Below, one piece after another: positions 29,220-39,779 of a stretch of 64,000 nucleotides of DNA. Each line of letters opens with the position of its first letter. The first letter of the stretch is position 1. The translations under genes and the position numbers were made by a program. This DNA is from an uncultured Acidobacteriota bacterium (lineage in GTDB: Bacteria; Acidobacteriota; Thermoanaerobaculia; Gp7-AA8), in contig CAWGHO010000003.1 of NCBI GenBank assembly GCA_963822445.1, positions 1,184,001-1,248,000 on the forward strand. Direction: 5' to 3'. Below the pieces are notes generated by a model. The model was not told where the DNA came from. It saw only the letters and a list, made by a program, of their open reading frames with translations, and did not search any database.

Positions 29220-30742
29220 AGAAGCCGCTGCGACTGCTCCTCGTCGAGGATTCCGATCTCGACGCCGCGCACCTGCTTCTGGAGCTGCGCCGTGGCGGCT
29301 TCGAGCTGGAGATAACGCGCGTCGAGACCGCCGAGGATTTCGAGCGCGAGATGCGGTCGGGCACGCCGTGGGACCTCATCATCAGCGACTACCACCTGCC
29401 GCGATTCAGCGCGCCGCAGGCTCTCGAGATCTACCGCTGGTCCGGCCTGGACGTGCCGTTCATCGTCGTGTCGGGCGCGGTGGGCGAGGAAACGGCGGTG
29501 GAGCTGATGCGCTCCGGCGCGCACGACTATCTGCTCAAGCATCGCCTGACGCGTCTCGCGGCCGCGGTCGAGCAGCACGTGCAGCAGGCTCACGAGCGCG
29601 CGAGAGGACGGCAGGCCGAGGATCTCTTTCAGTCGGTGCTGCGCGCGTCTCCGATGCCGAGCCTGATCGTCGATCGCGCGACCGCGTTCGTGGTCGACGG
29701 CAGTGACAGCTTCCGCCGCACGTTCATGGACGCCAATCGCGGGGCCGGGCGAGGTCTGTTCGACCTGGTCGACTTTTCCCACCCCGAGCGCGTCGAGCAG
29801 TTGATCGCCCGCGGATCGGGGACGGCCTGGTATGCCGTGTATTACGTCGGCGGCGTCGCCCGCATGGCCAATCTGCGCTGCTACTCGGTCGAGCATTCCG
29901 GCGCGACGTACGCCTATCTGATTCTCGAAGACGTCACCGAGCAGCATTACCTGAAGGCAGCGTTCGACGCCGTGCCGGAACCGCTGCTGATCATCAGCTC
30001 GCAGCAGAAACTGCTCTACGGAAACCGCGCGGCCGAGGAGCTGTTCGGGAATCTCTACTTCGGGATGGAGGTCGCGCCGCTGCTGCGCGACGAGACGCTC
30101 GCCGATTTATGGTGGAGCAACCTGGAGCGCCATCAGGTGCAGCGCGTGCGCATGGCCAATCGCCCGTACGAGGCCAAGGCCGTGCCGTTCCGCTTTGCCG
30201 GGGAGTCGCAGACTTCGACGATCCTCACGTTCGAAGACGTTGCCGACGAAGAGGAGCTGCGCCGCCAGGCGACGCACGACGCGCTCACGGGCATCTTCAA
30301 TCTCAGACATTTCGAGAGCGTGCTGGCGGAGCAGTTGCCCCAGGGGGGAACGCTCGCGCTGCTCGATCTCGACCATTTCAAGCCGATCAACGACGAGCTC
30401 GGACATGCCGCTGGGGACAAGGCCCTGTCGCTTTTCTCCGGAACGGTGCGCGCCCTTCTCCGTCCGGACGATGTCTTTGCGCGGATCGGCGGTGATGAGT
30501 TCGCGGTGTTCTTCCCCCGCACGTCGCTCGACGGGGCGGTCAGCCTCATCGACGCGATCTACGCGCGGCTGTTGCAGTCTCCGCTGCAGTTCGATGACGT
30601 GACGCGCCCGTTCAGCGCATCCACGGGCCTCGCTGTTGCGAAGAGGGACGACTCGCCGGAGACGCTGAAGCGCCGGGCCGATGAGGCGCTGTACGAGGCC
30701 AAGCGGCAGGGGAGAGGGAGATGGGTAGTCGCCGAATCGTGA
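29216..30742 (+). CDS. Response-regulator diguanylate cyclase (REC-PAS-GGDEF)
   Basis: Receiver domain; DLDHFKPIND, I-site RPDD and an intact GGDEF. Confidence 0.92.
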   Translation: MKKPLRLLLVEDSDLDAAHLLLELRRGGFELEITRVETAEDFEREMRSGTPWDLIISDYHLPRFSAPQALEIYRWSGLDVPFIVVSGAVGEETAVELMRSGAHDYLLKHRLTRLAAAVEQHVQQAHERARGRQAEDLFQSVLRASPMPSLIVDRATAFVVDGSDSFRRTFMDANRGAGRGLFDLVDFSHPERVEQLIARGSGTAWYAVYYVGGVARMANLRCYSVEHSGATYAYLILEDVTEQHYLKAAFDAVPEPLLIISSQQKLLYGNRAAEELFGNLYFGMEVAPLLRDETLADLWWSNLERHQVQRVRMANRPYEAKAVPFRFAGESQTSTILTFEDVADEEELRRQATHDALTGIFNLRHFESVLAEQLPQGGTLALLDLDHFKPINDELGHAAGDKALSLFSGTVRALLRPDDVFARIGGDEFAVFFPRTSLDGAVSLIDAIYARLLQSPLQFDDVTRPFSASTGLAVAKRDDSPETLKRRADEALYEAKRQGRGRWVVAES

Positions 30743-30782
30743 GAGGCCGTGCGGCGGAAAATGCCGGCGTCCTCGCCGCCGC

Positions 30783-31856
30783 CTACATCGCCGGCTGCTT
30801 GGCCACCTTCCGATAAAAAAAATCATCCTTCGCATCGTCCGGCGCTGAGCGGATGGTGCAGTTCAGGCAATCCACACCGGCGCGTGTGCGAATGAACTCT
30901 TCGCGCAAGGCGGCGAGCGGCGCTCCGTTCCAGATCGCGTCGAAGCTGTCGATCATCAGATTGCCGACCGGCGGCCGCGTCCAGGCCATGCAGGGATAGA
31001 CATCGCCGTTCGGGTGGATGGCGATGGTCGTCCAGGGCAGCTGGCAGATCATGGCCTGGCCCTGCTCGTCGAACAGATCGATGCGCGTCGGGCGTCCGCG
31101 GAGATAGCCCGCGTCTTCGATGCCCGTTCTCGCGACGAATGCGGCCAGCTGTTCGCGGCAGCGTTGCACTTTCGCCCAGAAGAGCGGGTCCTGCGTTTCC
31201 TGAATTACGGCGTCACTCATGCGCGACACCGTGCGAACCGCGATCTGCTCCGGCCGCACCTCTTCCATCAGCGCCAGGAACTCTTCGAAGTGATCGATGT
31301 TCGGCTCCGACAGGACGTGATTGATGCGCAGCGCTGGAATGGACGATCGCCGCATCGTTTGAAACAGGCGGACGTTGGCCATGACGTGGTCGAAACGCGA
31401 GCCGGTGCGCAGGCGCTCGAAGACTTCGCGCGTGCCGCCGTCGATGGAGAACGTGAACCGGTTGATGCCGGCGTCGAAGACTTTCTCCAGGATTCGAGGA
31501 TTGAGCAGCGTTCCGTTGGTGATGATGTCGCTGAACGGGACGCCCGCCTCGCGTACGCGCGCGAGCCGGTCCGGAAACTCGCGGGTCATGAACGGCTCGG
31601 TCATGATCGAAAGGCAGAGGTAATTCGTGTGTGGGAAAACGTCCTCGACGATCCGCTCGAAGAGCTCCACGGGCATGTCGTACTTGGCGATGCCGTCGAC
31701 GCGCGCATCGCTGAAGCCGCAGGTGCGGCAGCGGAGATTGCACTTGTTGTTCTGGTCCATGTAGACGCTGAGGAAGCGTCCGTTCGCCGCACTCGGACCG
31801 GTCCAGGAGAGCTTGTGCTTCAGGACGTCGTGATCGTCGAGGGGATGGGAAGTCAC
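30783..31856 (-). CDS. Radical SAM protein with SPASM/twitch domain
   Basis: CNLRCRTC motif; C-terminal CQLPW...GDVYPC...CLNC. Confidence 0.88.
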   Translation of the reverse strand: MTSHPLDDHDVLKHKLSWTGPSAANGRFLSVYMDQNNKCNLRCRTCGFSDARVDGIAKYDMPVELFERIVEDVFPHTNYLCLSIMTEPFMTREFPDRLARVREAGVPFSDIITNGTLLNPRILEKVFDAGINRFTFSIDGGTREVFERLRTGSRFDHVMANVRLFQTMRRSSIPALRINHVLSEPNIDHFEEFLALMEEVRPEQIAVRTVSRMSDAVIQETQDPLFWAKVQRCREQLAAFVARTGIEDAGYLRGRPTRIDLFDEQGQAMICQLPWTTIAIHPNGDVYPCMAWTRPPVGNLMIDSFDAIWNGAPLAALREEFIRTRAGVDCLNCTIRSAPDDAKDDFFYRKVAKQPAM

Positions 31857-31887
31857 CGGAGAGGTACGCGGCTGCCAGCGACGCCGT

Positions 31888-32637
31888 TTATTGACTGAAG
31901 AACTGCCGCGCTTCTTCGAGCGTCATCGGCTGGGCGAACTGAAAGCCCTGCATCAGCGTCACCCCGATCGCGCGAAGCGTGTCCGCGTCGCTCGCATCGG
32001 AAACGCCTTCGGCCACCAGCTCGGCCTCGAAATCTGTCGCCAGTTGCTGCAGCGAGGCGATGACGGCCCGGCGCCGCGGATCGCGCGAACAACCTTCGAC
32101 GAAGAAGCGGTCGACTTTCAGATAGTCGGGGTCGACGTCGAGGAGCATCTTGAAGTTCGACTGGCCGAGGCCGATGTCGTCGAGGGCGATTTCCAGTCCC
32201 AGCTCGCGGAGCTGTTCGATCGACGAACGGAAGCTCACTCCATCCCAGGGTGGCGCGTGCTCGACGATTTCGGCGGTCAGCCGCGACAGCTCGATGGACG
32301 TCGCCGCGCACGTGCCGCGGAGGAAATCGATGAAGCCGTGATCGCGGCCGAGGGTCGATGCGTGCACGTTGAAGGACAGGCGCAAGGTCGAGGGGAGTGA
32401 CGAGGCGCCGCGCAGCGCCGCGGAGATGCAGGCGCGGTCGACGAGCGACTCTTCCCGTTTGCGGCGGACGTATTCGAAGAGCACCGCGGCGGACTCGAAG
32501 TTCGTGCCTTTGGGACCGCGGGAAAGGCACTCCAGGCCGAACGTCTCCATCGTCGTGCCGTTCGTGCGAAACACCGGCTGGTAGACCGGCGTGATGCCGC
32601 CGGGCTGCAGGATCTTGTTGATCGCCGGCCCGGTCAC
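31888..32637 (-). CDS. Stand-alone EAL-domain c-di-GMP phosphodiesterase
   Basis: YQP, ECL (EAL variant), DDIG, KVD, AEGV and QG motifs. Confidence 0.88.
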   Translation of the reverse strand: MTGPAINKILQPGGITPVYQPVFRTNGTTMETFGLECLSRGPKGTNFESAAVLFEYVRRKREESLVDRACISAALRGASSLPSTLRLSFNVHASTLGRDHGFIDFLRGTCAATSIELSRLTAEIVEHAPPWDGVSFRSSIEQLRELGLEIALDDIGLGQSNFKMLLDVDPDYLKVDRFFVEGCSRDPRRRAVIASLQQLATDFEAELVAEGVSDASDADTLRAIGVTLMQGFQFAQPMTLEEARQFFSQ

Positions 32638-33032
32638 CGCGCGTCGAGCAGGTTCATGGCCACGCTGGCGATCTCCATCATCGCTTTGGGCTTGTGGAGA
32701 AACGCGTCGGCGCCGCGGTTGTACGACTCCCGCTCGATCTCCGGCGTGCCGAATGCGCTCAGCAGAATCACCCGCGTGTTGGCGCAGCGCTGGTGGACGT
32801 CGGCCACGATCTGCAGGCCTTCCACGCCGCCGATGCCGGTCAGCCGGAGGTCGGCGATGACCAGGTCGTAACCGCGATTAGCGAGCAGGGCCTGCGCTTC
32901 CTCGAGCTCGTGGGCGGAATCGACGATGTACCCGAGACCCTCGAAATAGCGGCGCATGGCCAGAACAATGAGCTCTTCGTCGTCGACGATGAGAATGCGC
33001 GCCGCCCGTTTCGCCGCCTGCTGAGGGAACAT
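32634..33032 (-). CDS. Single-domain response regulator
   Basis: ILIVDDE, phospho-Asp in IADL, LSAF and KP motifs. Confidence 0.9.
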   Translation of the reverse strand: MFPQQAAKRAARILIVDDEELIVLAMRRYFEGLGYIVDSAHELEEAQALLANRGYDLVIADLRLTGIGGVEGLQIVADVHQRCANTRVILLSAFGTPEIERESYNRGADAFLHKPKAMMEIASVAMNLLDAR

Positions 33033-33041
33033 CTGGGTCTC

Positions 33042-34892
33042 CTAAGGTGCTCGATGGACCGGGAAGCGTACGGTAAGCAGCGCCCCTCCGTCGTCCCCAT
33101 TCCTTGCAGCGATGGTGCCACCGTGCTCATCCACAATGCGCTGGACGATCGACAGTCCCAGTCCTGTCCCTCCGCGCCTCCGGGTAAAAAACGGTTGGAA
33201 AACCTTGCTCATGTCGACCGGATCGAAGCCCGGGCCATGGTCGCGGACGGTGCATTCGATGGTGTCGCCGTTCAGCCGCGCGGTGACCTGCACTTCCTGC
33301 CCCGGCTTGGAGTGCTGCACTGCGTTGGTGATCAGGTTGTCGAACGCGTGTCCGAGGCGGTTCGCATCCATCAACATTGGAAGGCCGGCCTCGATCTCGT
33401 ACGAAATGCGCACCGACGACTTGCCCGCGAGCTGCGTGCAGCGCTCGATCACGTCCGGGAGAACGGCATCCAGCGATCCGTGGGTGAGATCGAGCGTCCA
33501 GCTCTTGCCGTATTCGAGGAGGTTTTCCATCAGCCGGTTCAGCCGGTCCAGCCAGGTGCGCAGCACGCCGCCGAGCTCCGCGAACTCCGGCTCGTCGGGC
33601 AGCATGGCCTCGAGCGCATCGACGGTGAGGCCCATGCCGAAAATCGGATTGCGAACCTCGTGGGCGACGCCGGCGACGAGCTCGCCGAGGGCGGCCAGCT
33701 GCTCGCCGCGGCGGACGGATTCCTGAAGCTGGACGAGATCGGTCGTGTCGCGCATGACCACGATGGCCCGGTCGTCGCTCTCGCTTTCCGACCAGTACCA
33801 GCTCGCGCTGACGTCCCAGGTCCGCTCGCCGGCGGCGATGTGAGCGGTGCAGGGGGCGTGGCTGTCCCGCACGGCCGCGACGATGTCGGTCAGCGTTTTC
33901 CACGGCTCCTCGGCAGTGAAAGCGATCTTGCGATGAAGCACGTCGAGGAACTCGCCGGCCCCGACGAGATCGCGAGCGACGCGATTGAGACGGGTGATCG
34001 TTCCATCGAGGCGGGTGATGAAGATCGGCAGCTCGATGGCGTCGAAGGTCAGGCTCCACTCGCGCCCTTTGCGCTCGATCATCGTTTCCAGCTTGCGGCG
34101 CTCGATGAGGCGGCCCAGCGAGGCGCCGGCGCGAAGGAGGGCGCGGCGGCCCTGCTCGCTCATCGGGCGCACGGCGCGGGTGAGCAGCTCGAGGACGCCG
34201 ACGAAGCGTCCTCCATCGTGAAGAGGAACCGCCGCCGCGCCGTGCAATCCCGCCGCGGATGCGCTTTCGGCGCGCACGAATCCCGATTCGTCGTACAGAT
34301 CGGCGATCCAGACCACGTCGTTCGTCGCCCAGGCCCGCCCCGGAACGCCATGTCCATGGGTGAAGTGAAGCTCGCTTACACGCTCGCGGAACCTCGTCGC
34401 GTTCATCCCCGGCCGCGACCAGATCGTCTTCGCCTCGAGCGAGGTGCCCTTCCCGTCGAGAAGCCAGAGAACGGCGCAGTCCCAGTTGTCGGATTCGCCG
34501 ATGAACTCGAGGACGTCATCGATGATCCGGTCGAGCGGCTTGTCGCTGGCGAAGATGCGCGTGACGGCGAGCTCCATGACGTCTTCGCGCTCGCCGCGGC
34601 TCATGTCGGTGACGTCGCGGGCCACGAAAATCGCGCCATGGCGGCTGACGGGCATCCCCGAAACGCTGAAGAAGCGCTCGACGCCGTCGATGACGCTTCG
34701 CACGTCCGATGTGACGTTGCGGCCGGCCAGGACGCGGGGAGCGAGAGCGCGCCAGCTTTCCTCCAGCTCGCGCGATTCGAGTTTGCGGTAGGCCGCGTTG
34801 GCCCGCGTCACCTGGAGCTGATCGTCAACCAGCCAGACGGGGTCGACCAGTATCTGAAACAGCGCCCGGCCAACACCGTCGTCATCCTTCAT
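33042..34892 (-). CDS. Cytoplasmic PAS-GAF-PAS sensor histidine kinase
   Basis: VAHEVRNP, NLITNAV, DHGPG and GTGLGL motifs. Confidence 0.9.
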   Translation of the reverse strand: MKDDDGVGRALFQILVDPVWLVDDQLQVTRANAAYRKLESRELEESWRALAPRVLAGRNVTSDVRSVIDGVERFFSVSGMPVSRHGAIFVARDVTDMSRGEREDVMELAVTRIFASDKPLDRIIDDVLEFIGESDNWDCAVLWLLDGKGTSLEAKTIWSRPGMNATRFRERVSELHFTHGHGVPGRAWATNDVVWIADLYDESGFVRAESASAAGLHGAAAVPLHDGGRFVGVLELLTRAVRPMSEQGRRALLRAGASLGRLIERRKLETMIERKGREWSLTFDAIELPIFITRLDGTITRLNRVARDLVGAGEFLDVLHRKIAFTAEEPWKTLTDIVAAVRDSHAPCTAHIAAGERTWDVSASWYWSESESDDRAIVVMRDTTDLVQLQESVRRGEQLAALGELVAGVAHEVRNPIFGMGLTVDALEAMLPDEPEFAELGGVLRTWLDRLNRLMENLLEYGKSWTLDLTHGSLDAVLPDVIERCTQLAGKSSVRISYEIEAGLPMLMDANRLGHAFDNLITNAVQHSKPGQEVQVTARLNGDTIECTVRDHGPGFDPVDMSKVFQPFFTRRRGGTGLGLSIVQRIVDEHGGTIAARNGDDGGALLTVRFPVHRAP

Positions 34893-34899
34893 TGTTGTC

Positions 34900-34944
34900 C
34901 CGCTATGATCGCGCCGCTTTGCGCGCGCTCAAAATTTTCGCGGG
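34900..34944 (+). repeat. Left copy of a 45-bp direct repeat (duplicated prs promoter and first codons)
   Basis: ccgctatgatcgcgccgctttgcgcgcgctcaaaattttcgcggg matches 39780-39824 with one mismatch. Confidence 0.93.
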
Positions 34945-34945
34945 A

Positions 34946-35161
34946 TCAATTCGACTTCGTATGCCTTTCGGAAGGCTGCGTGGCGGAGTCTCGGGCGGCA
35001 GAAACGCCCGGCTCGGCGTCGAGCGCTGATTCGTGAGTCTCGCGCAGGCTCAGGACGAGCTCCCGCGCCTGGAAGGCCAGAGTTCGGAACGTATCGCTGC
35101 AGATGGGACAAAGGCGATCGTTCGTCGCCACGAAACCGGAGCAGCCCGCACAAATCGGCAA
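34946..35161 (-). CDS. Small zinc-ribbon protein (71 aa)
   Basis: aaaggggg RBS-like stretch, TTG start, MPICAGC-x10-CPIC. Confidence 0.5.
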   Translation of the reverse strand: MPICAGCSGFVATNDRLCPICSDTFRTLAFQARELVLSLRETHESALDAEPGVSAARDSATQPSERHTKSN

Positions 35162-35202
35162 GTGGTCACCCCCTTTGAGGAGTGACTGGCGGGGGCAAGT
35201 CC

Positions 35203-37152
35203 CTACCCGGTACCGAATGGAGAGCGGCGATGCCGGTCGCCCGTCGAGCTGCGATCGGCGACGTCGAGGGAATTGCCGTTTTCGTCGAGCGGCAGCAGCA
35301 GGTGCACGGAAGTCCCTTTGCCGGGATCGCTTTCGAGGAAGATCTGGCCGCCGTGGTCCTTCACGATCTTGTGGACGAGGGCCAGACCCAGCCCGGTGGC
35401 GCCCTGCTTGGTGGTGAACATCGGCTCGAGGGCCTTTTTCAGGACAGTTGGCGTCATGCCCGCCCCGATGTCGGTCACTTCGAAGTGAACATGGGGTCCA
35501 GCTCGATCGCGGGTGGCCGAGATCGTGATGACGCCTCCGCCGGGCATCGCGTCGCGTGCGTTCTCGGCCAGCCGTATGAACGCTTCCCGAAGCTGATCGC
35601 CGTCGGCGATGATCCGAAGCGACTCGTCGGGAAGCTGGATCCGCACGCCGATGTTCGGCCCGACCACTTTGGCGAGCTCGTGGCGAAGATCGTCGAGATA
35701 GGAAGGGACGGCGATCGGAGTTACGACCGGTTCGTTCTGGCGCGAATAGCGAAGAATTTCCCGGGTGATGTTCCGGCCCCGCAAGGCCGAAGACTTCATT
35801 CCCTGAACGAGGCGCCGCAGCTTGTCGTCGGCGACGCGCCGCTCGAGCACGTCGCACACCGGGATGATGGCCATGAGCACGTTGTTGAAGTCGTGAGCCA
35901 TGGCCGTAGCCAGGCGGCCCAGGCCGGCCACACGCTCAGCGACCTCCAGGCGCCTGGCCGTCGCCGTTCGCTCGCTGATGTCGAGGAATGACCAGACCGC
36001 CCCACGCCAGTTGCCGTCGATGACGATCGGCGAGAGCGTGATCTCCGCCGGGAACGGCTCGCCGTTTCGGTACAGGCGTTCTTCGATCCGGACGGCCTCG
36101 CTGGTGCTCTGGGCTCGCAGGATCCAGCAAAGAGGATCGCTGCATCCGAAGTGAATCATGGCGTGTAGCGGCGTTCCGGCAGCGCTGGTTGCGTTGACGC
36201 CGAACATGAGCAACGCGGATTCGTTGACCAGCGTGCAGCGGCCGTCCGCGTCCGTGGCGATGATTCCCTCGTAAGCCGCCTGCAACAGGCGATGAACTTC
36301 GGCGGCGAGATGCTGACTGTTCATCTCCGCTTCTCTGCGCGCGGTGACGTCGATGACGAACGCTTCGACCACATCCGATGCGATCCGGGCCTGGACGTCG
36401 ACGTAGATGATCGTCGAGTCCTTTCGGGCCAGCCGGAACTCGCCTCGCGCGAAACCGTCACGGAGGAGATCGCTCTCGAAGCGCAGGCGTTCGCGTTGAC
36501 GCAGGAAGTGGGCGTGGAGCGGCACGGCCAGCAATTCGGCCCGATCGGGGTAGCCGAGGAGGCTCACCAGGAAATGGTTGGCGGCCAGCATGCGGCCGTC
36601 GAATCCCGCACGGCAGATGCCGATGGGCGCACCTTCGAAGAGGTTGCGGTAACGGTCTTCCGAATCGACGAAGTCCGACTCGCGACGCCGCTCTTCCGTG
36701 ACGTCGCGGTTCAGAGTGAGCACCGCCACGCCGCCTTCGTAGGGAATCGGGAGTGCATGGATGTCGAGGAGGAAGGGCGTGCCGTCACACCGCAGTTGAC
36801 GGCTCTCGAACCGGACGCTTTCGCCGGCCAGCACGCGGGCCATTTGCCGCTGGCCTTCGGAAACGTCGACGGAGATGGTCTTCATGTCCAGGCCGACGAA
36901 CTCATTCCGGCTGAAGCCATAGACGCGACAGGCTTCATCGTTGACGTCGATCACGATCTCTTCGGGAGTGAGAATCAGCGCCGGCTCGTGAATGGACTCG
37001 AAGTAGCGGTGATAGTCGGCTTCCCGCGAGCTCTGGCCCGAATCATCGGAGCGGGTTGGTGGCTGCGTGACGAGCCCGTTCGCGATTGCATTCGAACGGC
37101 GCGGCGATCCGGAACTGGGTACTCCAGCGGCTCCCAATCGCCCGTCAATCAT
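35203..37152 (-). CDS. Multi-PAS sensor histidine kinase
   Basis: Three PAS-like segments; MAHDFNN, NARDAM, DIGAGM, TGLGL. Start position uncertain. Confidence 0.88.
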   Translation of the reverse strand: MIDGRLGAAGVPSSGSPRRSNAIANGLVTQPPTRSDDSGQSSREADYHRYFESIHEPALILTPEEIVIDVNDEACRVYGFSRNEFVGLDMKTISVDVSEGQRQMARVLAGESVRFESRQLRCDGTPFLLDIHALPIPYEGGVAVLTLNRDVTEERRRESDFVDSEDRYRNLFEGAPIGICRAGFDGRMLAANHFLVSLLGYPDRAELLAVPLHAHFLRQRERLRFESDLLRDGFARGEFRLARKDSTIIYVDVQARIASDVVEAFVIDVTARREAEMNSQHLAAEVHRLLQAAYEGIIATDADGRCTLVNESALLMFGVNATSAAGTPLHAMIHFGCSDPLCWILRAQSTSEAVRIEERLYRNGEPFPAEITLSPIVIDGNWRGAVWSFLDISERTATARRLEVAERVAGLGRLATAMAHDFNNVLMAIIPVCDVLERRVADDKLRRLVQGMKSSALRGRNITREILRYSRQNEPVVTPIAVPSYLDDLRHELAKVVGPNIGVRIQLPDESLRIIADGDQLREAFIRLAENARDAMPGGGVITISATRDRAGPHVHFEVTDIGAGMTPTVLKKALEPMFTTKQGATGLGLALVHKIVKDHGGQIFLESDPGKGTSVHLLLPLDENGNSLDVADRSSTGDRHRRSPFGTG

Positions 37153-37212
37153 CGTGTTCAGTGATTGTCGTCGAAACGGAGCTCCTGGCGGTTTCCAGTC
37201 ATGAAACTTTCG

Positions 37213-39683
37213 TCACACCTCCTGACGGAAATTGCCTACGACCTTCTCGATGAGAAGCAGAAGCTCGGAGGCTTCGTACGGTTTGGTGAGGAACTCCACG
37301 TTGGGGTGAGCGAGATGTTCTCGAAGCGTGGAAGGATCGGCGTGGCCGGTGGAGAAGATGACGGGCAATTCCGGCCACCGCCGTGCGATCTCCAGATAGA
37401 CGGCGTCGCCGGAAATGTCAGGCAGGCCGATGTCCAGCACGACCACGTCGGGTACGAATTGTTCGATCGCAGCGACGGCTTCCGCGCCACGCGAGATGAG
37501 CTTCACCTCCATCCGCTCGATCTCCATCAGGATCTCGATTCCCGCGGACACCGCATGTTCGTCTTCGACCAGGAGAACCTTGCAGCCGGCCAGTGCGCCT
37601 TCCCGGTGCTGGGCAACCTGGGGCAACGGCGGCGCATCCGAGGTTCTGAGGAACACGTGGAAGGCCGCGCCTTCGCCGAGCTTGCTCGCCGCAAAGACAT
37701 GTCCGCCGTGCGCGGTGATGACCTGTCGAACCAGCGCCAGTCCGAGTCCCGTGCCTCCCACTTTCTTGGTCGTGAAAAGCGGCTCGAACAGATGTTTCAT
37801 CACCTCGGGCCGAATACCGGTTCCTGTATCGGCCACCGTGAAGTGAACGAACTGCTCAGGGTCGGGCACTGCACCGAACGGGAACTGGGCGCCGGGAGCG
37901 GTGGCCGCCGCGGTCAGGCGGATCTTCCCCCCGGTCGGCATGGCGTCACGCGCGTTGAGAATCAGATTGAGAAAGACCTGATGCAATTGCTGGGGATCGC
38001 CCAGCATCCCCTCCACATCGATCGAAATATCGACGTCGATCAGCATGTGTGACGGCAAGAGCGGCCTGGCCTGATCGATGAGCTGCACCACCCAGGTCTG
38101 CACGTCGATCTGCTCGAGCGTCGGTTCGGATGGTTGCGTGAAACGCAGGATCTCGTGGGATACCTTTTTCCCCGCTGAACCGCCAGTGCGATGTAGTTCA
38201 GAGACTTTCTGATGTCCGGGTTGTCGGGTGCGCGCGAGCCGATGACTTCGATGAACGGCTGGATTCCCATGAGCACGTTGTTGAATTCGTGCGCGATCGT
38301 CGCCGCCAGGCGGCCCAGACTCTCCACGCGCCGCGCCTGCTCGAGATCCTGCTCGAGGCGTTTGCGCTCGGTGACGTCCTGGAAGGTGATCACGGCGCCG
38401 GTGATGGCCGTGTCTTCGTAGATCGGCGTGACCACGTACTCGACGGGGAACCATGTTCCATCCGGTCGCCAGAAGATGTCGTCGGTGATGGCCCGCGGTT
38501 TCCCATCCTGCAGCGTGAAGTAATCCGGACACTCCTCCCAGGGATACGGAGTTCCGTCGGACCGCGTGTGATGCACCATGGCGTGACGCAGGCGTCCGCT
38601 GAGATCATCGAGCCGCCATCCGCTGATCTCTTCCGCGGCCGGGTTCATCAGCATCGTGTGGCCCTTCATGTCGATGCCGCAGATCCCCTCGCCGGCCGCC
38701 TCGAGAATTGCGGACGTGTTCCGCTGCAGCTCGTGAATGGTTTGCTCGGCCCGTCGCTCATTGGTGATGTCGCGGATGACGGCCATGGCTCCCAGAGGCG
38801 CGCCGTCCTCGTCGAAGACCGGCTTGGCCGAAGCGAGAGCGATTCGCCGGGCCGTGTTGCGTGTGCGCACTTCGACGAGCATCTTTTCGACTGTTTCGCC
38901 GTGGAGCGCGCGGACGAGGGGCCTGTCGTCGTAAGGGATCGGACGGCCCGTTTGGGGGTTCCGATACTCCAGATCCTCTGCGAAGTCTTCGAGCGTCTGG
39001 TACGCCACCGCTCTCGTTTCGTGCGGCCGATTGGCGAACATCACCCGTCCTTTGGGGTCGCAGACGATGACCCGCTCATCCAGCCCATCGAGCAGCGCGG
39101 CCAGATATCGGTGCTCTCGCCGCAGCACCGCGTCGGCTCCCTGGATCTTGCGGTACGCCTCGTCGAGCTCCGCATGGGCGACCTCCAGGTCACGCTGGTG
39201 CTCGCGCGACCGCCGGGCATCCCCGACGAGCTTGAGGAAATTCGGTACGACGATCGGCATGGCCAGGGCGGTGATCACCGATGCGGTGGCGGTGATCATC
39301 TTGACCGCGCCCGAAAGCCAGTAGGTGGCATTCCAGATCGTCCAGACCTCCATGAAGTGCGTGGCGCCGCAAGCGACGATGAAGACGCCGAAGGCGAGGA
39401 TGATCCAGTGGAACGGGATCTCACGCCGCACGCGATGGACGACATAGATCAATGACGCCGAGATGGCCACGTATGCGCCGCCGATCAGGAGATCCGATAC
39501 GAGGTGGAGCGATACGAGCGAGCGCGTCCAGAGATAGCAGTGCCCGTGCGGCATGTAGCTGGATGCGAAGAGGTTGCGAACGACGCCCGGCCACAGCAAC
39601 GGTGTCGCCAGCGTGATCACTGCCATCGCGGCAAGGGTTCGCCATCCAACCGAGGAAGGCCTCGGCGTGATGCTGGTGTTCAT
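37213..39683 (-). CDS. Ethylene-receptor-like hybrid histidine kinase (ETR1-type TM domain, PAS-PAS, HisKA, HATPase, REC), split by a -1 frameshift at ~38168
   Basis: Start ATG 39683 with ggagg RBS; SDLLIGGAY and FIVACGATH motifs; H-box IAHEFNN lies in the 38040..39755 ORF and HATPase+REC in the 37213..38532 ORF. Confidence 0.85.
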
Positions 39684-39779
39684 TGTTCCTCCGGACGTTG
39701 CTGAAGCAGGGTCCTGACCAACGATACGACGCCCGCGGGGATTTTGGTTCCCCATTTAATGAAGGTATCGGGAGGGGTG

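Noticed and set aside
30783-31856. First radical SAM as a RiPP maturase
   Set aside because: No RRE or plausible precursor ORF is adjacent.
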